From Candidatus Marinacidobacterales bacterium (GTDB lineage: Bacteria; Acidobacteriota; Vicinamibacteria; Marinacidobacterales; DATDRI01), in NCBI GenBank assembly GCA_965226495.1, contig OZ245365.1:256001-320000 (forward strand): a DNA stretch of 64,000 nt, given 5' to 3'. Both the position numbers and the translations under genes were made by a program. Within the stretch, counting starts at the first letter, position 1, and each line of letters opens with the position of its first letter. Positions 1 to 8,389 of this stretch are shown in pieces. The notes beneath the pieces were generated by a model, which ran no database searches, was not told where the DNA came from, and saw only the letters and a list, made by a program, of their open reading frames with translations.

Positions 1-1053
1 CTTGAAGCCGCCGCCGTCGAGTCTCATCTCTTCTAAGACAAAGTCCAACGTGCCTCGAGCGAGACGTTCGAGCTCTGGATCTCCGGTCGCGTCGGCGGTG
101 ATCACCAAGAGCTCGGCGAGGTGGGCGTTGTCATATAGCATCTTCTCGAAGTGTGGAATACGCCACTCGGCGTCAAGTGTGTAGCGGTGGAAGCCACCGT
201 CGACTTGATCGTAGATGGCACCTCGCCCCATCTTGTGAAGTGTCTCAACAACCATCCGGCGAGCTTCCGCATCTCCTTGTTCAGCGCGATCCCACAGCAA
301 GAAAAGATTGGCGGGGGACGGGAATTTGGGTGCCCCGCCGAAACCACCGTTCGTCTCGTCGAAGCGTTTCTTCAGTTTCTCAACAGCGGCGCCTGCGCTA
401 TCCGCAGAGGGGACTTCGTTCGCCGGCATTCGCTTTTGGGCAACGATCGCTCTCATTGCGTCTGACAACTGGGCGGCGGACGTCTCGATATCCTCACGCT
501 TGGTGGTCCAGGCCTCATGAATGCGGGCCAGGACGGTGGGAAACCCCATTCGGCCCCCTCTATCTTCGGGCGGAAAGTAGGTTCCGGCGAAAAAGGGCTT
601 GAGCTCCGGCGTCAGGAAGACCGAGTTAGGCCAGCCGCCACTCTGCCGGATCAACTGCGTGGCAATCATGTAGATCGCGTCGAGATCGGGTCGTTCCTCC
701 CGGTCTACCTTGATGTTGATGAACCATTCATTCATCAGCTTGGCGATCTCGGGACTCGAGAATACCTCGCGTTCCATCACGTGACACCAATAGCAGGTGG
801 AATAGCCGACCGACAGAAAGATGGGCTTGTCTTTTTTTCGCGCCTCTTCGATAGCCTCGTCCCCCCACGGATACCAATCGACCGGGTTGTGTGCGTGGAG
901 CAAGAGGTAGGGGCTGGACTCGTTGGCGAGCCGGTTGGCCGGCCCGTCGGTTCCGTGTGGGAGGGGAGACTCCGGTTCGGACTGCTGCGACTGCGCTTGG
1001 CAGGTGAAAAAGGCCATGGACAGCAAGACCGTCATGAGCCGGCTTGATTTCAT
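1..1053 (-). CDS. Thioredoxin-domain protein, YyaL/SSP411 (DUF255) family; runs off the window edge
   Basis: Manual minus-strand translation from ATG 1053 gives [44 protein letters not shown] and [12 protein letters not shown], the family signature. Not in the ORF track because it is open at the edge. Confidence 0.9.
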   Translation of the reverse strand, partial: MKSSRLMTVLLSMAFFTCQAQSQQSEPESPLPHGTDGPANRLANESSPYLLLHAHNPVDWYPWGDEAIEEARKKDKPIFLSVGYSTCYWCHVMEREVFSSPEIAKLMNEWFINIKVDREERPDLDAIYMIATQLIRQSGGWPNSVFLTPELKPFFAGTYFPPEDRGGRMGFPTVLARIHEAWTTKREDIETSAAQLSDAMRAIVAQKRMPANEVPSADSAGAAVEKLKKRFDETNGGFGGAPKFPSPANLFLLWDRAEQGDAEARRMVVETLHKMGRGAIYDQVDGGFHRYTLDAEWRIPHFEKMLYDNAHLAELLVITADATGDPELERLARGTLDFVLEEMRLDGGGFK

Positions 1054-1097
1054 TGGGAATCCTTTGTGATTGAGAAAGGAGTGCGCTCTTCGTCATT

Positions 1098-2228
1098 CTA
1101 ACGTACACCATCCGAGCGAACCAGTGTTCGAGCCGAGGTGGCACCGAGAACCAGAGCGGCAAGTGCCCAAAAAGGTCCCAACGGCTGTAGGAGCCAGCCA
1201 AAGAGGAACAAGAGTCCCACTGCTACGAGACCTGCCAATCGAAGGTTGGTGTAAAGACTCGTTACCCGCCGCGAGCCCACGATCAACAAGAAGTCGGTTG
1301 GCAGCCACACGAGCAAGAGCTCGTTGTAGCGAAGCTCGGCAAGCGGAGAGACGACCGCTAGCAACACGAGAAGGGCGCCGACGGTTCCGAAGAGAGCTCC
1401 AAACACAGACCGAAGTGCGAAGGATGCACCGGGCGTTCCCAACACGATGAGCAACGCGCTCCCCAAGCCTATGCCTAGCGCCAGTCCCAGACGGTGCGTG
1501 ACGAGCCATGATGGATTGGGGGGCGCAGGATGTCGGGCGTGGACAATTTCCGGAGTGGCGCCCAGATGTAAGGCGACCGACTCTCTCAACATCCGGGGTA
1601 GAAACATCGCTTCGTAATCGGTCCTTTCCCGATCTATCGAGCGTCCCAAGAAGGTGTCGACCAGTACGAAGACGACTGGATCGCCTTTCAGGTTCTCGTG
1701 GATGAGCTCCCGGAACGACGAGCCATGGCTCGTAGGCCTTCTCCGCAGGGCACCGTCGATGACGGCGTCGATGTGATCCCGGGGCCGGGTCGAGCAGTTG
1801 TCTTTGAAATGGTCGTACTCGTAGTAACGGTTCTCTGGAAGGGCCGCCGTCTCGAGCCGCTGCCTCATTTCTTCGACCTGCTCCGACTTCAACGGCAGAC
1901 GCTGCCGATAGATGGTTCGGTCCTCGGCCAGGTAGAGGCGAAGCATCTCGCCGAAGGATGTCACGGCGACCCAGAATCTAGCCCGCCCCCGAACGACGTC
2001 CCACGTAAGCGGGCCGGGAGTGGAGAAATCTGCGCTCCCATAATTGAAACAACGACCGCCCAACCCGTTTTCGTCGAAAACACAGAGGGACGCATGCCCG
2101 AACTTGGAGAAAACATCCTCGCCCGGCCCGAACGTGTAGAGGTCCACTCGTGAGCCTGGCGGCGCAGGCGTCTGGGCGAGCGCCGTCAAGAGGAGCCCTA
2201 ACTGCCCTAATTGGCTGTAAAGCGCCAT
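1098..2228 (-). CDS. DUF4105 / Lnb-like membrane protein
   Basis: Motifs TFGPG..FSKFGH, FNYG, Y..EDR..Y and YxYDHFKDNCSTR, followed by 4-5 C-terminal TM helices. Start taken at ATG 2228. Confidence 0.75.
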   Translation of the reverse strand: MALYSQLGQLGLLLTALAQTPAPPGSRVDLYTFGPGEDVFSKFGHASLCVFDENGLGGRCFNYGSADFSTPGPLTWDVVRGRARFWVAVTSFGEMLRLYLAEDRTIYRQRLPLKSEQVEEMRQRLETAALPENRYYEYDHFKDNCSTRPRDHIDAVIDGALRRRPTSHGSSFRELIHENLKGDPVVFVLVDTFLGRSIDRERTDYEAMFLPRMLRESVALHLGATPEIVHARHPAPPNPSWLVTHRLGLALGIGLGSALLIVLGTPGASFALRSVFGALFGTVGALLVLLAVVSPLAELRYNELLLVWLPTDFLLIVGSRRVTSLYTNLRLAGLVAVGLLFLFGWLLQPLGPFWALAALVLGATSARTLVRSDGVR

Positions 2229-2317
2229 GAGAAAGAGGTCTACACCTTTTCCCACGAGATTCGCAAACCATCTTTCACAAAAGGACCCTTCGCGTGTTAT
2301 AGCCAGTAAAGGGGGAA

Positions 2318-2827
2318 TTGAGGCCATTGCCGGTGAGATTCGAAGAGCTTATGGCGCGGTACGAGAAGGAGATCTACCGCTTTACGTATCGCATGACCGG
2401 GAACCGGGAAGATGCGGCCGACGTCTTACAGGACACCTTCTTCAGGGCCTTTCGGGCGCTCGACCGACTACCCGCCAAGGCAAACCATCGCGCCTGGCTG
2501 TATCGCATCGCCTCGCGTTCCGCCTTGAATTTGGCCCGTGGGCAAAAACTGCGACGGACTCTGCCGATAGAAAAGGCGCTTCATTTGGCGGAGAGCAATG
2601 GCGACCTGGAGAGTTTGGTGGAGACCAGACGATTGGCCGGTTGTCTCGGAGAGATCGTTCGCGCCTTGCCGACGCGTCAGAGGGTGGCGTTGCTGCAGAG
2701 AAAATACCAGGGGCTTTCTTACCGTGAGATCGCGGAGACGTTGGCTTGCACCGAGCAAGCGGCCCGCGCCCATGTCTATCAAGCGATGGGGAAGATCAGG
2801 CGCGGTCTCTCCGGAAAAGGTAAGTAA
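2318..2827 (+). CDS. ECF (sigma-70 group 4) RNA polymerase sigma factor
   Basis: Region 2 EDAADVLQDTF...AWLYRIA and region 4 LPTRQRVAL...GLSYREIAETL; 169 aa. Confidence 0.92.
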   Translation: MRPLPVRFEELMARYEKEIYRFTYRMTGNREDAADVLQDTFFRAFRALDRLPAKANHRAWLYRIASRSALNLARGQKLRRTLPIEKALHLAESNGDLESLVETRRLAGCLGEIVRALPTRQRVALLQRKYQGLSYREIAETLACTEQAARAHVYQAMGKIRRGLSGKGK

Positions 2828-2839
2828 GTGGAGGGAGAA

Positions 2840-3613
2840 ATGGATTGTCGGACGTTTGAAAAGATCCAATTGGCGACCTTAGCCGGCGATGCGGGCGCCC
2901 AGCACCGGAACCAAGCGAAGCTTCACGGACTCGAGTGCGAGGACTGCCGTCTGGACGGCGAGCGAGACAAATGGTTGGGTACGGCTTTCGAGGTACATGA
3001 ACGAACGACCGAAAAAGGCTTCCCGTCCGCCCGCCGAAAGCTTGAGAAGGAGTTCAAAGAGCGCCATGCCTTCATCGGTCATGTGGAAGCGCCTTTCGGA
3101 CCGGTTTACCTGGCGGCAACGGATCGCGGGCTTTGCCGTATCGGCTTCCGGACCAACGAGAGGGAGTTCGCCAACGACCTTCTAAGTCGAGGACTCCTGC
3201 CCGAACCGGACGCCCGCCGATTGCAGCGGGAGCGTCGGGAGCTCCAAGAGTACTTGGCGGGTCGACGCGAGCGGTTCGAAGTTTCGGTCGATCTCCGCCA
3301 TGTGACACCGTTTCAACGGAAAGTTTTGGCGGCGACTTCTCGAATTCCATTCGGTTGTTGCGCTAGCTATAGCGACATCGCTCGTCGCATCGGTCAACCC
3401 CAGGCGCGCCGTGCGGTGGGTGGAGCGTTGAACAAGAACCCCGTCGCCATTGTCGTGCCGTGCCATCGGGTCATCGCAGCGGACGGGTCCATTGGGGGCT
3501 ACGGCGGAGGACTGAACGTGAAACGGACTCTCTTTGAAATCGAGGGGATTGACCTCGAAGACCCCAAAGGCCCGGTACGGGCTTCGCAAAAACGGAAGCG
3601 AGGACAAGAATGA
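2840..3613 (+). CDS. Methylated-DNA--protein-cysteine methyltransferase (Ogt-type) with N-terminal zf-HC2/ZAS-like domain
   Basis: C-terminal FQRKV...IPFG...SY..IA...ARRAVGGAL.KNP.AIVVPCHRV (PCHR active site). N-terminal MDC...HGLECEDC (HxxxCxxC). SD GGAGGG before ATG 2840. Confidence 0.88.
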   Translation: MDCRTFEKIQLATLAGDAGAQHRNQAKLHGLECEDCRLDGERDKWLGTAFEVHERTTEKGFPSARRKLEKEFKERHAFIGHVEAPFGPVYLAATDRGLCRIGFRTNEREFANDLLSRGLLPEPDARRLQRERRELQEYLAGRRERFEVSVDLRHVTPFQRKVLAATSRIPFGCCASYSDIARRIGQPQARRAVGGALNKNPVAIVVPCHRVIAADGSIGGYGGGLNVKRTLFEIEGIDLEDPKGPVRASQKRKRGQE

Positions 3614-4599
3614 ACGCGATGGACATTGATTTTTTCCACGATCTGCTTCGCGAGCGACGTGAGAGCCTTCTGGAATGGTTATCCGAGGCGTCGCTGGGAG
3701 AACCGAGCTCAGCGGCCGAGCTCGATGGCCTTCAGGATGCTCTCCATCGCATCGAGGAGAATGGTGAGATCCCCTGCGCTAGCTGCGATGGGCACGTCGA
3801 GCACGAAGTTTTGTTGGGTAGTCCCGCTGCGAACCTGTGCCTCGAGTGCATGAAGGAGACAGATATCAGGCGGTTGGAGGATGATCTGCGAGTGGCTCGT
3901 GAGGTCGATCGGTCTCTTCTCCCGCGACGCATTCCTTCCAACGAGTCCTTCGGCTTCGGCGTTCATTATCGACCTTCGAGGATCCTGAGCGGAGATTTCT
4001 ATGATTTTTTGTCCCAACCGGACGCGAAGAGCGTGGGGATCTTGATCGGCGATGTGGCTGGCAAAGGGATTCCGGCTGGACTCTTGCGAACGACATTTCA
4101 GGCAACGTTTCGTACTCTGAACAGGTTAAGACTGTCGCCTGCGAAGTTGATAAAGACTGCAAACGAGCAGCTTCTCGATACCGCGCATCCCGGCCGCTAC
4201 GCCACTGTTTTCTACGGCGTGTTGGGCTATGAGACGGGAGAACTGAATTATGTCAATGCGGGGCATAACCCTCCTCTCCTTCGACGCGCTTCGGGTGAGG
4301 TCGAGGTGCTCGGGGCAACCGGTACGGTCGTCGGTATCTTGCCCGGAGCCAAGTTCGAGGAAAATTCGATCGTGGTCGGCCCGGGCGATGTGTTGGCGCT
4401 CTACACCGACGGCGTCACCGAGGCGGAGGATCCATCCGGAGAGCCATTCGGCGAGTTAAGGTTGAGCGATCTCTTGGGCCGCCGGGGTGGAGAGTCCGCA
4501 GAGCAGGTATCCAGTCTCGTGGTATCAGAAGTGGATAAATTCTCTCCGGGTGAGCCGAGCGACGACCGGACCCTGGTGATCGGCCTGCGGGCCACCTGA
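3610..4599 (+). CDS. PP2C/SpoIIE (RsbU-like) phosphatase with N-terminal DksA/TraR-like C4 zinc finger
   Basis: SGDFYD, GDVAGKG, NAGHNPP, YTDGVTEA and DDRT motifs. N-terminal ALHRIE..CASC...P.ANLCLEC. ATGA overlap with the upstream gene. Confidence 0.88.
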   Translation: MNAMDIDFFHDLLRERRESLLEWLSEASLGEPSSAAELDGLQDALHRIEENGEIPCASCDGHVEHEVLLGSPAANLCLECMKETDIRRLEDDLRVAREVDRSLLPRRIPSNESFGFGVHYRPSRILSGDFYDFLSQPDAKSVGILIGDVAGKGIPAGLLRTTFQATFRTLNRLRLSPAKLIKTANEQLLDTAHPGRYATVFYGVLGYETGELNYVNAGHNPPLLRRASGEVEVLGATGTVVGILPGAKFEENSIVVGPGDVLALYTDGVTEAEDPSGEPFGELRLSDLLGRRGGESAEQVSSLVVSEVDKFSPGEPSDDRTLVIGLRAT

Positions 4600-4647
4600 T
4601 TCCATCACTTGGGGCCGCGATCGAGTCGTCTAGTTATCGGTCCGGGG

Positions 4648-5958
4648 CTAGCGAGGCAGGTGAGGGTGGAGAACGAAGAGCCCTTGCTCGATGCCGCTCA
4701 CGATGACCACACCGCTGGGAAAATACGGATAGTTACTCCATGCCCCGTTGAAACGGGCTTGGTTACCTTCGGGGAAAATGTCGAAGAAAGCGACCTCGGT
4801 CAGTCGGCCATCGGCGATGTTCTTTAGATCTAGAATTCGTAGCCCGCTCTGATAGTTGGCTTGATAAGCGAAGCCGTCGCGGATGTAGAGATTGTGGTCA
4901 ATGGCTTTTTTCTTGCCGGTGTAAGTGCCGATGAGCTGGGGAGCATTCAGATCGACGATGTCCCAGACAAAAGTCTTCGTCCGGTTGCCCTCGGTTCTCT
5001 CGTCGAGCTCATCGTCCAACAACAGATAGAGTTGATCCTCCGTGGTCCAACTCTGATGTGTATAAGCGACCCCTGGGTAACTAGTGCGAGACAGCATGCG
5101 CGGGTTGTTCTTGTTGGAAACGTCTACGATCGTTAGCGTGTCCTCGTTGGCGTTAAAACAAATCTCACTGCCCGAATGCGCTGAGTCCGGTCCCCGGTAC
5201 ACGACACATTGTGCATCATGAGTGTATCCATCCCCGCTGTAGCAGCCGGCAAATTTGGGAGACTTGGGTTTCTTGATATTGACCATATGGAGTCCGCCGG
5301 CGCACGTGTTGGTCCCAACGATATAGGCGAATCCGGTTTTTTCGTTGATCGCGATGTTGTGAGAAGTGCCTAGACCTTGTCCGGCATAATGCGCGGTGCT
5401 GGAGAACGTCACCGGAGGGCCGGTCACTCGGCCTAACTGTTTGAGATTGAATATTTGCATGCCATGGGAGGCGGCCTCCGAGACGATGAACGCGTGATTT
5501 TTGTACACCTTGACGTCGCGCCAGGGACTCGGAACGGATTGCGTCGGCAACAGGCCTAGGTAGACGGGGTCGGTGGGATTCGTGATGTCTACGAATGACG
5601 TGCCGGTCGAGAGCGCCATGACCGCGTATTCCCGGCCATTTTCGGGGTCGGTCCAGCCCCAGATGTCTGCACCCTGAGCTCCCCCTTCACCGCCGATCTC
5701 ACTCAAAGGCATGAACGACAACAGATCGACGTCCTTGCATGGGTACCCGCCCGCAGACCCGCCTCGACAGGGTGTCTCGCCTTGGGCCGCTGGCTCGGGG
5801 AACGCCTCACCACCTTCTTCTTCATCATGGTGGAGCACTCTCGGGCCTGGGGATTGTTGACTAGCCTCGGCGACGAACCAGAACGAGAACCCGAGCGTGG
5901 CTAGAAACACCGCCGCGTAGCGCGAGATCGAGGGTGGATGCTTCCGGGTGCTCCTCAT
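4648..5958 (-). CDS. Secreted choice-of-anchor B family (LVIVD beta-propeller) protein
   Basis: DIWGWTDP..GREYA, SPWRDVKVY, YTHDAQC, YTHQSW, DHNLY and GAWSNYPYFPSG motifs; signal-like N-terminus. Confidence 0.85.
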   Translation of the reverse strand: MRSTRKHPPSISRYAAVFLATLGFSFWFVAEASQQSPGPRVLHHDEEEGGEAFPEPAAQGETPCRGGSAGGYPCKDVDLLSFMPLSEIGGEGGAQGADIWGWTDPENGREYAVMALSTGTSFVDITNPTDPVYLGLLPTQSVPSPWRDVKVYKNHAFIVSEAASHGMQIFNLKQLGRVTGPPVTFSSTAHYAGQGLGTSHNIAINEKTGFAYIVGTNTCAGGLHMVNIKKPKSPKFAGCYSGDGYTHDAQCVVYRGPDSAHSGSEICFNANEDTLTIVDVSNKNNPRMLSRTSYPGVAYTHQSWTTEDQLYLLLDDELDERTEGNRTKTFVWDIVDLNAPQLIGTYTGKKKAIDHNLYIRDGFAYQANYQSGLRILDLKNIADGRLTEVAFFDIFPEGNQARFNGAWSNYPYFPSGVVIVSGIEQGLFVLHPHLPR

Positions 5959-6032
5959 GAAAGTGCTCCTGATTCGGTAAGGCGTTGAGCCTCTATCATA
6001 GCAGTCGATCTCGAGAGTCCCAACCGCGCGAG

Positions 6033-6239
6033 TCAATCGAACGTGCCGGTCAGCCATCGGGCGAGAGCCTTGTTCGGCGAGCGAATCTCGTCGACCGATT
6101 CATAGAGTCTGTTCCTCGCAAAAGGCTCCCAGACGTCCGCCCCGAGCTCGGATAGAATGTCAACAAAGGTGGGGAGAAGTCGTTCCTCTTGTTGAGGTGA
6201 AAAGCCGTAAGGGCTGGCCAGGTATAGGTTCTTGCTCAT
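6033..6239 (-). pseudogene. Nucleoside 2-deoxyribosyltransferase-like gene with internal deletion
   Basis: N-terminal YLASPYGFS..Q...LLP...L.ELGADVWEPFARN joined directly to a C-terminal-like Y.SV.EI..P.KALARWL. Only 68 aa, and the catalytic middle appears absent. Confidence 0.5.
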
Positions 6240-6351
6240 TTTTTGGGCTCCCCCTGTGTCATGTTGTTTGATGGCTGAGTAAGGCGGGATCCTAGCTAAA
6301 TTCTTGCGGTGTTGGAACCATTCCCTTTGTCGGCGCAGGTCAAGGAGATTT

Positions 6352-6930
6352 ATGAATCTAATCGTTGTGTGGCTCGCTTGGTTGGGTGTTATGGGGAGCG
6401 GAAGTCTCGAAGCAAGGCCTCACGTTGTCATCGAGACGGAGCTGGGAGATGTCAAAATCGAAATTTACCAGGACAAAGCTCCCCTCACCGCCGCAAACTT
6501 TTTGAACTACGTTGATGGCGAACGTCTTCAGGGGGCCAGCTTCTATCGGGTCGTTCGCATGGGAAACCAACCGGACAATGACATCAAGATAGAAGTCATT
6601 CAGGGCGGTCTGGGCCGCAGCGATCATGAAAGCCGGTTGCCACCCATCGAGCACGAGACAACGGACAGGACGGGTGTCCTCCATAGAGACGGTGTGATCT
6701 CGATGGCACGCCTAGCTCCCGGGACTGCATCCTCGGAGTTCTTCATTTGCGTTGGCGATCAACCGGAGCTCGATTTTGGGGGTCGCCGCAACCCCGATGG
6801 CCAGGGTTTTGCCGCATTCGGAAAAGTGATCGAGGGGATGGACGTGGTGAGAAAGATCCACCAGGAACCGGCAGACGGGCAAAGCCTTACCCCCGCAATC
6901 GGCATCACCGCGGTGGCAAGGGTCGACTAG
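6352..6930 (+). CDS. Cyclophilin-type peptidyl-prolyl cis-trans isomerase, exported
   Basis: APLTAANFLNYV, FYRVV, VIQGG, ISMAR, ASSEFFI and FAAFGKVIEGMDVV; SD AGGAG before ATG 6352. Confidence 0.92.
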   Translation: MNLIVVWLAWLGVMGSGSLEARPHVVIETELGDVKIEIYQDKAPLTAANFLNYVDGERLQGASFYRVVRMGNQPDNDIKIEVIQGGLGRSDHESRLPPIEHETTDRTGVLHRDGVISMARLAPGTASSEFFICVGDQPELDFGGRRNPDGQGFAAFGKVIEGMDVVRKIHQEPADGQSLTPAIGITAVARVD

Positions 6931-6933
6931 ACT

Positions 6934-8121
6934 TTACGGGGTTCCGGAGACTCCGGCGGGGACTACACCGCGGGTGAGCTTCGCCCGGTGCTCTTCTGCC
7001 TCGAAGCGGTTTTTCAGCCTCTGGTAGACGTTCATGACTTTGGGAACATAGTGGCGCGTTTCCTCGGCGAGTCGACTGCTACCGGCCCGAAAGTAACGAG
7101 CGTTGCGCGGACCCCCATTGTATTCTGCGAGCACGACCTCAACGTCCTTGTGAGTGGAAAGCAAGATATCCAAATAGAGCGCAGCCATCTCGGTGTTCTT
7201 CTGAGGGTCGTAGAGCATCTCCGGCGAGTATTCCCAGCTAAGCGTTCGGGCGAGCATTCGTCCGGTCGTGGGCGCGATTTGGTAAAGGCCGGCGGCGGCG
7301 GCATGACTCGTGGCGGACGCGTTGTAACCGCTCTCTACGATTCCGACCGCCAAGAACAAGAGGGGATCAATCGTGGGATATTTCTCCGACGCTATAAGTA
7401 CGAACTGGGCATACTGGTAGGCATCGCTGATACCTATTCGATGATTGGCTCGAACGATCTCGTCGCGAATTCCCAACAACAACCTCTGGCGTTTGGAGTC
7501 GAAGCGAACTCCCGAGTTCAGTTGCTGGGTCTTTTGCTCGACCTGGGAGAGAGCCGATTCGACACGTGCGTTTATGATACGGATGTGCTGCAAGGCGATC
7601 GATGCAGTACCGGCGGCCACCAGCAATAGGAGACTCACGCCGACCAAGGCGGTGCTGCGCCACCGAGAACTCGCACGGCGCTCGTCGGCCCCAAAGCTCT
7701 CGTTTTTTTCGAGCAGATCTCTGAGCTCCTCGCGACGTGCTTCCGAAAGACCCGTGAACTCGACACCATGCAAAGCGCCGATGGGAAGGCCGTTTTGGCT
7801 CCAGACGATGCGTGCTTCGGTCTCGAAGGGTTCGCCCTTCTTGTTGAGACCAAGCTTCAGGCGAACGCTACGACCCGTCTCGAGAAGGTGATCGTTGAAG
7901 ATGCTCGCCCCGCCGTCTGACGAGCCCGTTGCTTGATGGTCCGGGCGGGAACTCTGGTTCTCGCCACCCGTGGTTTGACTGGGCGCGCTGATGTCCTTGA
8001 GGACGCCGTAGGATGGAAGAATCTGATGGTCATGAACCGTCAGGACTACGGAGTGCTGGGGTGACAATCGCGGGATCGCCCGCCTGTCCGGCCGATCTTC
8101 GAGGATCTGATTCTCGCTCAT
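6934..8121 (-). CDS. PilZ-like domain + TM helix + soluble lytic transglycosylase (SLT) domain protein
   Basis: N-terminal DRRAIPR, DIS...GGA and ARIVW..HGVEF (PilZ-like). One TM. SLT motifs AVGIVESGY..A.S...A.GLYQI, LAEYNGG and ETRHYV.KV. Confidence 0.75.
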   Translation of the reverse strand: MSENQILEDRPDRRAIPRLSPQHSVVLTVHDHQILPSYGVLKDISAPSQTTGGENQSSRPDHQATGSSDGGASIFNDHLLETGRSVRLKLGLNKKGEPFETEARIVWSQNGLPIGALHGVEFTGLSEARREELRDLLEKNESFGADERRASSRWRSTALVGVSLLLLVAAGTASIALQHIRIINARVESALSQVEQKTQQLNSGVRFDSKRQRLLLGIRDEIVRANHRIGISDAYQYAQFVLIASEKYPTIDPLLFLAVGIVESGYNASATSHAAAAGLYQIAPTTGRMLARTLSWEYSPEMLYDPQKNTEMAALYLDILLSTHKDVEVVLAEYNGGPRNARYFRAGSSRLAEETRHYVPKVMNVYQRLKNRFEAEEHRAKLTRGVVPAGVSGTP

Positions 8122-8389
8122 AACGACAAACTCCCTTGCCTGCGGAGAGACTGCTCCCGCTGGCAAGCGCTCTGGTTGGGGGGAAACGCTTTTCCAGTTC
8201 GTTGGGGAACGCTCAGCATGCCCTTTTTGGATGGCCGGGTCAAGTCAGCCAGGAGGGGACTCTGCCCGAACCGGGAGGGAAAGCCTTTAACCCTTTGATT
8301 ATGCGCCGCTTAGTTTGATAGAAACCCTTGACGCCGGTGTTTCGTCTAATGAGTCGTGTTCGGGTTGACTGCACTCTCGAGGTGAGAAC

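Noticed and set aside
517-1047. 176-aa plus-strand ORF and neighbouring short ORFs
   Set aside because: Antisense shadows of the minus-strand YyaL/DUF255 gene.
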